A DNA stretch of 58,487 nucleotides, filler included, from Bipalium vagum (taxonomy: Eukaryota): the NCBI GenBank assembly GCA_037834085.1. It is 3 parts of 3 records of this genome, joined end to end, with 100 filler letters (N's around TTAATTAATTAA, not from the genome) between each part and the next. Parts side by side here need not be neighbours in the genome. Positions count along the whole stretch, not along the records: positions 1 to 26,654 come from JBBMKC010136207.1; 2 more parts are not named here. One strand, written 5' to 3'. A model generated the notes under the pieces. It did no database searches. It had not been told where the DNA came from and saw only the letters and a list, made by a program, of their open reading frames with translations. Every line of letters starts with the position of its first letter. Within the stretch, counting starts at the first letter, position 1. Positions 1 to 12,200 of the stretch are shown in pieces. The position numbers and the translations under genes are program-made.

Positions 1-649
1 GTTAAGTTCCTAAAAAGACCACTATCGACATTCTTAACCCAATAAACATAAAAAGTCCATTATCGATATTTTTAACCCGGTTAAATATTAACAATTATTA
101 TTATTTTTATAATAAATTATCTTTTTAGGTCTCGTCTTTTTAAAAAACTTAACAATACTTTTATGATTTTACATTTTTATCACTTTATTAAATAAAAGGG
201 CAAGGCATATTTTTATTAAATAGACTAAATATAACTATGGTTAGTTGGAGAAGTTATAAGAATATCCTTTACGATTCAAGACCGTGGCATCAAAGTTGAC
301 CATAATGATATTAAAATAATAAGAGCTAAACTCCTTACCAGAGATTTCGATCAGGCTTCCCCCGGATGATGTAGTTGAAGTAAATACTCAAATATGTGGT
401 TACCACATACATAAATGACTAAGACGTGGCTTGACAGTCATAATGCCCGAAGGAAGTAATCAAGATTTTGCTGCGATTAAAAATGCAGGTTAATGTTCTT
501 ATGTTCTATTTTTCTTGTGTTCTTTCCTTTCATAATTTTAATAAAGTAAAATGAAATAGAGAAATAGGGGAAAATAAAATAGTAAAAGAAAGTATAAAAA
601 TTCAATATAGAATAGTTCGTATTACCTTTTCTTTCATTTTGTTGTTAAA

Positions 650-1260
650 CAAGTATTTTTTATATTTCTTTATTAACCACAAAGTTGTACTTAAGAACGA
701 TAGCTTTTTCTTGTTTAGTCTTCTAATGAATCTTCATTCATGTTTCTTGATAGTTCGCATTTTCCAAATTTAATGAACTAAAATAAAATTTGAATAAGAA
801 ATCCTTTAAATTTAGTGACTGAAGATGAAGGCTAAAGGGTTCCGAATGTGTTTTCCTTCTTCAGGAGCTCAATAAGGAAATTTTTCATGTAAACTTGATA
901 TTTATTGACATTTTTATAATAGTTTCGTTGATTGTCAAATCACATCAAAATTAAAGGATTAACATTTTTATATCGTTTTGTTTTTGAAATTTGTGCAAAT
1001 ATTTCATCATCAATTTCCATTTGTTTCTATGATTTTTTTTATTTTGAAATACTTTTTGTATATCTTCATTTGATATCAGTTTACCAAATCTTAATTATGA
1101 ATTACAAAAAATCTTCTATTCCGTTTAAGCTTATTGATTTCAAATGTATTCAAAACCTCATAAAACGTCTATTCCACAAATCAATTCCAATGTAACACTT
1201 ATACGTTTATTATTCATCTTGCCTTTAAACCCTGGCTGCAAGTGATAGTAACGGTTCAAT
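650..1260 (-). mobile_element. Highly decayed gypsy/Ginger-like integrase relic
   Basis: Remnants of an HHCC-like segment (HLQPG.K.M..YIGI) and an integrase-core-like segment (DN...FLIELLKK..T..PSS), with many stops. Confidence 0.35.
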
Positions 1261-2108
1261 TTTATCATATTTTTCAAAATAGAAATAAAAACCTAGACCT
1301 TACATTATTAATTGTTAAAGATTTAAACATATTATTATTATTGTGAGCTATAGGTTTATAGGCTTATGACTTTACAGCGATTATACAATATAATAATAAT
1401 TTCATATATTTGCTTTTTACGAAAATTTATGTAAAAATAATGAAAATGGAAATATTTGAATTCATCAACTTTTATCCAATGATAATATTAAGAAAATCAA
1501 TAAAACACCTATATATCAACAAACAATATCAATATAATCAAGGGAATAAATCAATAAGACAAATCAGACAAAGAAAGTGTTCCAATAAAATAAGAATATC
1601 GCCAAATAAAATTATCAAAACAAATGATTTTTGTCATTTTCAACACAAATTATAGCCATTTTCTCATTTATGGGCATCAACATAAAGAGATAGATATACA
1701 ATGATTTATACAAGATTTAGCAATAAAACACAATTTAGTATCACAAAAGATAAACTATTGACTGACGGAAATTCAATTCACTTTTGACGAATTCTCGATT
1801 CACTCTTCATAGACAAACAAAAGAATAAATCAAAAGTAAAATATAACATCAATAATAATAAAGAAAAAATGATAATAATCTAAAGATATTCAGTTAGGGC
1901 ATAGATTGAGAAAAAAATACAACAGTGCCAGGTCAACTGATCACAGTTTGATAATAACAATAATTATTATTATTATAGTATAATTGAAATTGGCATCATA
2001 CTATGATAATTATTACATTACCCATTCCAATACCAGTACCAATCCGAAAATCCATTTCAATAATAATAATATTTTTTATTATTTGACTTAAATCATAGTT
2101 TATACTTC

Positions 2109-5100
2109 CTACGGCACATGAGATAATGATGATGATTCAACAGCTTTAATAGGGGATTTCTGGTAAATGCTGCCAGCATCCGTACTCGATTGAGCGATTG
2201 ATGATGAAGCTGACAGATTAATAAAAAAATAATTAATTAAAAGGAAATGTAGGTAGCTCACTTAGTGACTTAGTGTTTATCGGATAACTCGGTCGACGAG
2301 GTGGCATTCTCTCGTTAACTTGATCAAGTACTTTAGCTTCTTCAAAGGATTGAATTGGATGATGAGGTGACACACCAGTCATGGCTTTAAATGTGATATT
2401 ATGTAATATATGTATCCTAAAATAACAAACCCCCATGAATTGAATCTTTGCCACCTGTCAAAAGACCCATTGGTAACATTCCGTTTGGAGTGAGACCTTT
2501 CAATTCAAGTAATGATTCACTTTCTTCTCTGTTAATAAAATCAATTTTTATAATATATTCATCACTGTCCATATTTCACTATAATTATCCTTGGGTCTTA
2601 TTATCATTAATTAAAATTTTAGATAATCTTTTAGATAAAATGAGTTTAAATATTAAAATGTTTTTAAACCAATTCCTTTTGAATAAAACAAATAAGAAAT
2701 AATATTATTATCGTGTTAATTTATTTTTTATAATAATAATAATTTTAAAATACTCTAAACAAATGTAAATTTAATGAAGTGATACTGTTATCACATTACG
2801 TGTTGATAAATGTTAAGTGTTTTGTAATAATAATAATGGTGATAAGCAATATTCTTTGAGGTTTTATGAAGTTCTGATATAAACGCTCTTGATAAAATAT
2901 ATATTATATAAAAATATATAAATAAATACATCTCAGACTATTAATACTAATAGCATTATTTAATTGAAACGAAGAATTAATTCAAGCAACAATTCTTTTT
3001 AAATATATGCATCACATCTCTCGGTTTTCTAACGATAATTTTTAATGATTCCTATGAAAATTCTCAATAATTTCTTCAGATTATTACAAGCATTCAAAAA
3101 ATTCAGCTCTAAAAATATTCCAATAGAATTATTATAAAACGGAAATGGTGTCTTCAAAGATATTGTATAATAACTAACTGCAAATAAATCAAGACGTATA
3201 ATTTCTCTTTGGTTAATAATAATTGATTCAAAATATTAATAAACGGTACGAAAATCTTTATTTATAAATTATTGTTTCATGTTTTCGTTAAATTACTTTC
3301 TCTATTAATAAGCACAATTACTATAAAACTAGTTACTAGTGTTTATCATAAGATCTGTGAAAAAAAATTATATTTAAATATATAAATGGAGAAAAATAAA
3401 TAAAAATTAACCTCTGAGGATCATAACATCAAAATAATTAAAATTTTTGAAAAATTATTATTTATTAATTCACATATTTAAAATTAAGGATAAAAAACAC
3501 TAAATCAGAAATTTATCTGATAAATTTAAAATTGTCATTTACATAAAAATAATCTATTGGCCTATTAATGATAAACCGCAAATAATTAAGTGTAAACACA
3601 AAAATAAAATCTTAATACCTCAATACTGTAAATACACGGGCCATCTTTCCAATAGCTCTGATTTTGTTCTTGATTACATCCCTTCTAGCAGCAATTGCGG
3701 CAGCTAATAATCGATATGTTAAAATTTTGAATAAAAATAAAACAGATGTTTAAAATCGATTTTTAAAAAATTAATGCAAAATTAAGTCACTTACAGAAGA
3801 TGAAATTTATGAGTTACTTTTTTAACACCATGTATTATATTTACATAATATTGAGTTGTCCGGAAAGTTCATTCCGAATTTTAATTAGAAATTAAAAAGT
3901 AAGACAGTGCAATTTTAAATACATTTTTAAAAATACATATGTTGCAGTTTGTTCCACAACTTTTTTTCATCTATCAGGCAAGTTGAATATTCCAAGAATT
4001 TGATAGATTTTTCATCGAAAAAATTATCCAAGTGACTTGTGATATCGTCCAACGAAATAAAGTTTTTTCCATTAAGTGAATTTTGCAATGATCTGAATAC
4101 ATGGAAATCTATGGGTGCAAGGTCTGGTGAATATGGAGGATGGGATAGCATTTCCCAACCAAGCTCTAAAAACTTTTTCTTGGTGGTCAAATACACATGC
4201 GGACGCAAATTATCTTGATGAAACACTACTCCCTTCTGATTCACCAGTGCTGGGCGTTTTCTTTCAAGTTGTTTGTTTAATTCGTCCATCTGCGAACAAT
4301 ATTTTTCAGAATTTATTGCCTGATTTGTTGGTAGAAGCTCATATAGAATTCCTAGCCAGTCCCAACAGACACAAAGCATAATTTTTTTGGTTGAAAACTG
4401 CTTTTTGTGGTGGTTAATGATGGATCACATGGCTTTCTCCAAGATCTTTTCCGTTGGACATTATTATAAATGATCCATTTCTCATCTCCTGTCACTAATT
4501 CCTTCAAAAATGATGTTACTTTGTTGCGTTTATAATTTAAGTCGCAGATGTTAATGCGATTCATCAGGTTATTTTCACTTAAAACCTATGGAATCCATAC
4601 ACCTAAACGATTAATAAAACCAAGCTTCGATAAATTCTCTGTATGGTGGATTTCGGGATACCTAATATCTCTTCTAATTCACGTGTGTGGTATAGCGTGA
4701 ATTTTTCTCAAGAAGCGCGGTAATTTGTTCATAATCAGCGGTTCTCGGTCTCCCCGTGCGTTCTTGATCTTCAAGACTAAAATCACCATCTTTAAATCTT
4801 GCAAACCAGTTCCGAACAGCTCTATCAGTTATTGCTAATTCACTATAACACCACATATCTTGTCTGCTGTTTTTGTGGCACTTTTACCTTTTCGGTAGTA
4901 GAAGAGCATTAAATGACGAAAATGTATTTTATTTGTATCCATCTTTGAATTTTTTCAATAATTTAGATCAATATTTAAACAAATACCTTTTCATTATTTA
5001 ATAAAAAATCATTATCATTATCATTATCATTAAATAAAAACTGTTTTAATTATGTATATTAAAAATCGGAACGAACTTTCTGGACAACCCAATACATAAT

Positions 5101-6167
5101 ATATCATTAAATGAGTTTTACATATTAAAATAATTAAATAGTACCATTTTAGTAATTTTAAAATAAGAAATTATTTAATATATAATTATTTTTTTATTAA
5201 TTAAGGCAAGAAAATAATTAATTATTAAAAAATAATATTAATTTCAATGACCAAAAATTAAAATTAGAATTTTCTGCCAAATTGAATTATTCTGAAGATC
5301 AATAGAAATTAAACTGTTGAATGTTAGGTGACATGTGTAACATTATACTAATAGGAATGAAAGAGAGAAAATTTCAATATATTCACTCATTATTATTACC
5401 AGAACAATTTTTCTGTTTACACAATACCTCAGCATTGAGTAATTAATCGTGCGAGGAAAGATAAATGTGATATTAGAAAAATAAGTACATAAACAACCAA
5501 AATACACAATATCTCTTCGTTTTTAAAAATGGATTTTTTTCATCTGAAGAACAACCACGACTTAAGTAGTCCCATACAAGCAATTAAGATATAAGAAAAA
5601 ATGTATATCTATATTGCAATGTATTTGAATTATATGTACATGTTTACACGTAGTATAATTTAAATAATTAATTATATATTTTTGGAAAATGATTTATTAA
5701 TAAGCCTAGATTATTATGCATAGAAATAATTTTATTATTCAAATCATAAATTAATAATAATACATTTTATCCACACAGTTTTTTTTCAATAATTGAATTT
5801 AGAATCTTACTAATACGTCTTAAGAAATAATAAAATAACATCTCATTAGATATCTAATAGGAATTCTGTAATGGATCGATTGCAGGATTATCTTTCAATG
5901 GTGACAGGTGGAACTTAAAATATGTTATATAAAATATAATAAAACATAATTCATTGATGATTATTTCTATTTCTATTATAAAATTTTTGTATATTTTAGA
6001 TATTAAATTTAGAATAATTTGAAATAAATAAAAGCTAAACTATAAACTATAAAAAATTTGAAGAAACAATTAATTTATAATTTATGTACTACAAAATTAT
6101 TTTTTAGAATTTTCTTTATTTTAACTATTAAAATGAAATTAATTTTATTTGATTATTAATATTGTTA

Positions 6168-6243
<76 letters not shown>

Positions 6244-9200
6244 GTTAAAAAGCAAAAATGGAGAAAAGATATTGAATTTTTAGCTATTTTTTGCAGAATT
6301 CATTCTCCAATTAATTAAATTATAATCTTCTGTGAAACACAATCAAAGAGTCAACGATTACAGTACAATTTATTCCATTAAAATCAATTTATTGACTTTG
6401 AATATTTTGTAGTAAATCAAAATATTGTTGATAGTTAATGAAATTGACATTCATTCGTTACTTTTCAAAATTTTTGAATTTACGATTTTAATTAATACAT
6501 TACTTTTTTAGTTTAAAAACGTAGTTTTTTAATAACCTTACATAAGAAAATCATAAATATCAATCCGTAGAACGCTTTAACAATATCAACACTAAAGAGA
6601 TGTTACAGTATACAAATACACTATATTACACCCAAAAATTTTTTTTAAATTTATGCAACTAAATCTTAGGAAATTATTTGAGAGAATGAAATCATTTAAC
6701 TCAAAACATTCTAAAAATAATTATCTTACAAAATTAAAAATGTTCGACTAAATTTCTTTATTGCGTAATTAATGAAAATTTATATGTACTACATACTTTT
6801 TTCCAAATATAAAACTGAATTTTAAGTATAACACTTTTCAGATGTCAACAAAAAAACAAAATTAAAAAATAGACAATGTCAATCATACAGGAAATTTTTC
6901 AATTTATAGAAAACAGAATGTTCATCTATTGTAAATTTTAGATCCAACTTAAATTTTAATTTTAATGGTTGATAATTACAATTAGTCGATAAATTAATTA
7001 ACTTATCACTTAAAACCTAGAGAATAATTTAAAAATTTTATTAAAGAAATACCTTCTGCTGGATCATCTTCTTCAGTTAGCAATTCGTCATCCGTACATA
7101 TATTAAGAACATTGACCAACATTTCCGTAACTAATTTATCAATAATCATTAATAATAATAATCAATAATAATTATAATATTTATATTAATACTACTAATA
7201 ATAGTAATAATAATATTAATAAGAAAAAGAATTTAACCGAAAAGAATAATAACAAAAAATTACAAGATATAATTCAGAAATTAATTTTAACAAAGCAGAA
7301 TTTTTTCATTACCTTTTTCTCCAACAAACGGCAAAGACCATGTGAATACATCCATAAAATTTGGTAACCAATACGGATGTGGGGATGAATTAAATTGACG
7401 GATATTCATCACATTGTTTTCATATTTCAAAATAGCGGCTAAAACATAAGATACAGAAACTGATTGAAATATTCATTTTACTGACTGTCAGCAACAAAAA
7501 TTAAACAGAAAAAAACATGTTTACCTTTATTGTTGTAAGCGTCTAAATAATTGGGAGCGCTGAAAATTGTGATTAAAGATGGAAAACCGGTCGCCTGATT
7601 TCGTCGATACATACGATAGCTGCAATTAATTGTGATAAAATTGGTTAGCAATAAAAAATGAAAAATATCATCTGAGTATATTAAAAGAATTCTTAAATTC
7701 ATGCAACATTCATATATTGTTACATTAGATGAATGTACAAATACAAAATGAGTATATTTTTACACACGATAACTCTCTTAAATAAATAAATGTTCATTTT
7801 TACACGAATATATACATTGAAACCTGTTAATTTTGGTAACTCTAAATTTTTTTGATAAAAATTAAATATTGACTTTTGTTTTCATGAACCCTTTATCGGT
7901 CCCAGTGGTGCCCAAACATTAAGAGGTCTCACTGTAATGTGGTTATGATACAGTTAAGAGACCATAATAGTAGATATACGTGGTTTTCAAACCATGTTAG
8001 AGTTAAAAACAATATTTCATTACATGTATTTTATATTATAAGTGAAAATGAATTTTAAATACCAAAAAAATTGAAAGCCTATTTTGAAAAATTTTAAATC
8101 GAAAAATATAAAAATAAATAATAAAACTATGACAATGGTTATTTTATTAAGTTTCAACAAAATTATAATTTAATATCAAATTTTTTTTCATCATTAAAAA
8201 AAGATGGTGAGTGCTTGTTTTTCTATGGTTCGAAATTTATCAACTCATTACATTAATATGATATTCATCTTCCACTTAACTACACAACCGAGTTTTACTT
8301 TTGGATCATTAAATTCAACCAATTTCCATCTACATAAAACTTACAGTAGCAAGTTGATTGATATAATTTATTCGTCTTTAGTACATTACATGTTCACATT
8401 ATACGGATAATACTCCGATTTATTTTGATTAAGCTATTCAATAAACATGTATTTTGATTGTTTAACAGTTAGTGCAATAGATTCTATTTTGTGATACATA
8501 ACAAGTCAAACTATTCAATAATAAAAAATAACACTCATCTTTATACATAACTTAAGTCCAAACAATAAATTTGTAAGAACAAATCAGTTAAAGAATAGAT
8601 TTTTCCATGAAAAATTGAAAATCTGCATCTTTCCATTCAATCTTCTTCGAGTGGTATTTTTGAAATTCTAATATTCATCACATTTTTATGTACCTATAAA
8701 CAAAATGCTTTCACATACATTTTTCTAAATTAATTAATAATTCTATTTTGCCTTGATGTTTCTCTTTTAGGTTTTCCGTTAAATAAGTCGTTCATATTAA
8801 TTTCCCTAATAAACTCAAATTTCAGCAAAATATTTCGATTTTCTTAGTCATTTTACAACAGCCATAACGGAGAAAAATTTTCAATTATTCAGCGTTGATA
8901 TTCACTATATTTTTGTTTATCAAATTTTAATGAAAATTTCATTGTAACGAAATAGAAAAAAAAATGATATCAAATGATGTTTGTACACTTAAAAACAAAA
9001 AATATCTTTAAAAATGATAGATAGTAAATATTGCACACTATATTTATAAAAACCCTATAATATATAAAAATTAAAAATTAAAAAAATTATAATAAAAATA
9101 AAAATATGTTAAGGTTAAATATGTTTAGAGTTGAAAATAGATTTATTTAAAGATTATAAATTATATTAGGTAACGATTTTAATTAGCTTTCAGTATTACA

Positions 9201-12200
9201 TGTTATTAAAATTGATTATAATTCATAATAATATTTTAAAATGATATTATAAAAAACTATAAAATAAAAAAATATTTAAGCAGAAAAAATATTTAGATTT
9301 TAACAAAAGAATAATTCTGTATACCAAACTAAACTTAATAATACATTCAATATTGAACAATTTATGTTCTATTTAATATTCTTCATGTAATGAATAAAAG
9401 AAAAACATTATGTTGACGGACATGCAATACTTTAATATTTTAAGATGACCACTACAGTTAACTTGTTCATCAACGTTTTAATTAAAAATATTCAATATTA
9501 CAAAAGAATTATATAAGAAAAGAACAATATCCACTGATAAGAAATTCTCTACCTTATACTTCTCAATTAATTGAAATAAAAATCTTTAAAATCGGTGGGT
9601 ACAATATCAAAAGAAATCTATCAGTAATACCTAGATTTTATACTTCATTAATTTTAAATATTTATATAGTATAAACCTTAAAAACTTCTGTTGCCTTGAA
9701 AAAATCAGACCTCTGGTTAAGTACATAAAATACGTCTTTTTTACTTCTCGTTATATCTGTTTAGTTAAATACTATACTTTTGTCATATATCATTAATTTG
9801 CACATGAGATAAAACTTTCAAAATCTATATAGTAAAAAAGAATATTATTAATACAAAAATGACTTAAATTTTTAAAGTTTCATTGTAAAAAATTTTCGAT
9901 TGCCTTTCCGTTTCTTCCTCAGAAAGATTTAATTTGACACATACGAAATAGACTAAAATTTTGTGAACATAAAAATTACATTTCAAGATCTCACAAGATC
10001 TTTCAAAAAATAAATATTAGGTTGTCCCACATGAAATGACGATTTTCTGTATAATAATTTCAATGATTTATTAATCAATCAATTCTTATTATTAACATTG
10101 TTATAAGATATCAAATTAAAGCTTTAATTTTAATATCTGAATATACTTAATATACATAATGTTGAAGAAAAAAATAATTTATATATATCTTTCTTGTATT
10201 CTCATACAATAAGTACAATTTCATAAAGATAATATCAATTTGTTTGGTATGAAAATTTTTTAAATCAGAAATATATTATTATTATATTAAAATAATTAGA
10301 AAATAATTTACCCGGCATCTTGTGCTTCATGAGCTCTTATGATGCACAATAAATTATTTGATTGTAGAAATCTACACACAGCTTGATAAGTGTAAAAATA
10401 GGAGCAGCCCCTAACAGAATTATGCAAAAAATTCTCCGATGTCCTTTCTTGTCCAAAGTCTTCTATGGGATCTGACCACAACAAGTCACACATTGGTCCG
10501 AAGGCTGGAGGTTCTTTAAATCGATCCAGCTACGTTTCATAAATAATATACATGTAATGAATCTGTCATACTCGTCTGATATCGTCTAATGAATGAAATT
10601 CTGGAGATATTCCTCCATGAACACATAAAAACTGACCATTGATAAGTGCAGCAAGCGGTAAGCAATCAAACGCCTCCATACAGGCTTCATATACCTTCTC
10701 ACTGTATTTGATCTTGCCTAAAAGGCATAATTAATTTTCCGAATTATAATTTGTAATATAAAAACATTTAAAAGTTGTATAATTTAATAAATGTTGCTTT
10801 AGTATCATTTGGAAGATCTAATATTTTTTTGAATATATTTAAGTGAATATTGAGTATTAGAATAATAAAAATTAAACATTTTCATTGAAATAAAGAATCT
10901 CGAGTTAAGAATAGAAAAAAAGGAATCTTGTCAAGAAGTTTAAAAGGAATTTAATTTATTTTTAATCAATTTTTAATTAAAAAGAATATTAGACTAATTA
11001 TATTCATTAATCAATGAAAATTTTATTCAATGATTTAAATATTTCAAGATTATAAAAATGATTTTTAATTCACAAAAATCAAAATATTATTAAATTTTAT
11101 CAGAATGAATATTCTTACTAAATTATTAACTCTTTAAAATTATATAAATCATAGTTATTATTCTTATTATAAATCAACTTAATTTAGAATGATGTAATTT
11201 ATATTTAAACATTAGCAATGCTTTACATCATAAAGAATTCAAACCATGCTCTCTACAAAATTTGAATGAAGACTAATTGTATGGGAAAGAAGATTAGAAT
11301 TCAATGTGAAAAATAAAATATTTGCAATACGAAACGTGTTCTTACAAAAGACAATTCCGATCAAACTAATATAATTAAAATTATATGATATGAGGACTTA
11401 ATTTCATTTTTATATTTTCTTAGATTGTGGAGCTTACGTAAAAACCTGTTAAAATATAAAATTATTATTTGTAAAGATTATTTCAAAATATATTGGAAAA
11501 TCTGAATAAAGTTGACTCCGTGTCGATTGCACTGCAAAAGTAAACATGTAGATAAAAATAAAATAGCTTCATTTTCTTCCAAAGCAATTTAAAAATCATA
11601 TAAAACATGTACACAATTTGTTAAAAATATTGTTCTATAACAAATATTTTAATTTTGATGTAATAAATAATTAAATGCCAAACATCAAATTAATTCGACT
11701 TTACCAAATAATTTTATTGTATTTTTCCAACCTTATTACATTATTTTATTACCATTTTTGCAAGGTAAATAGATTAAATAATTAGAAATTTTTATTATAT
11801 TTTTGTAATTTTTTGTTAAGGTATAAATTATTTCTTGATATTTGACATTTTCATAATATAAGAATAATAATAAACTGCTATTAAAAAAAGGATATTGATT
11901 CTCAATTCTACAAATAAAAAATCTCCATTAAAATTTACTTATGAAATAAATTATCAGGTTTGTGTAATATAAGAATATATTTATTCATTATTTAAAATAA
12001 CACGTAGATTTTGAATTAAAATATAAACTTATGTTAAATATCTGTTTAGCAGAAAATCTATAATTAATTAATTAATCTAAAATCAATTTATTACTATAAA
12101 TATAATTCTTTTAATTTAAAAAATCAATTTCATGATATTAAATAAAGGGAAGTCTACTTTAACAAAATTGAAAATATCTAACATTATTTATCTAAGAAAG

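Noticed and set aside
11-87. CRISPR-like array
   Set aside because: Only two diverged units, no unique spacers, and a eukaryotic context.
1150-1200. Minus-strand YIGIDLW resembling TnpB/Fanzor RuvC-I
   Set aside because: No RuvC-II/III or CxxC finger follows; the context fits a decayed integrase better.
932-1655. ORFs 932-1195 and 1410-1655
   Set aside because: Non-ATG starts, AT-driven I/F/K composition and no motifs.
2448-2702. Plus-strand 84-aa ORF
   Set aside because: Antisense shadow of calcineurin exon 10.
10017-10150. Solo mariner-like end TTAGGTTGTCCCAC
   Set aside because: No partner TIR or coding sequence; too little to annotate. The similar end near 26583 is cut by the gap.
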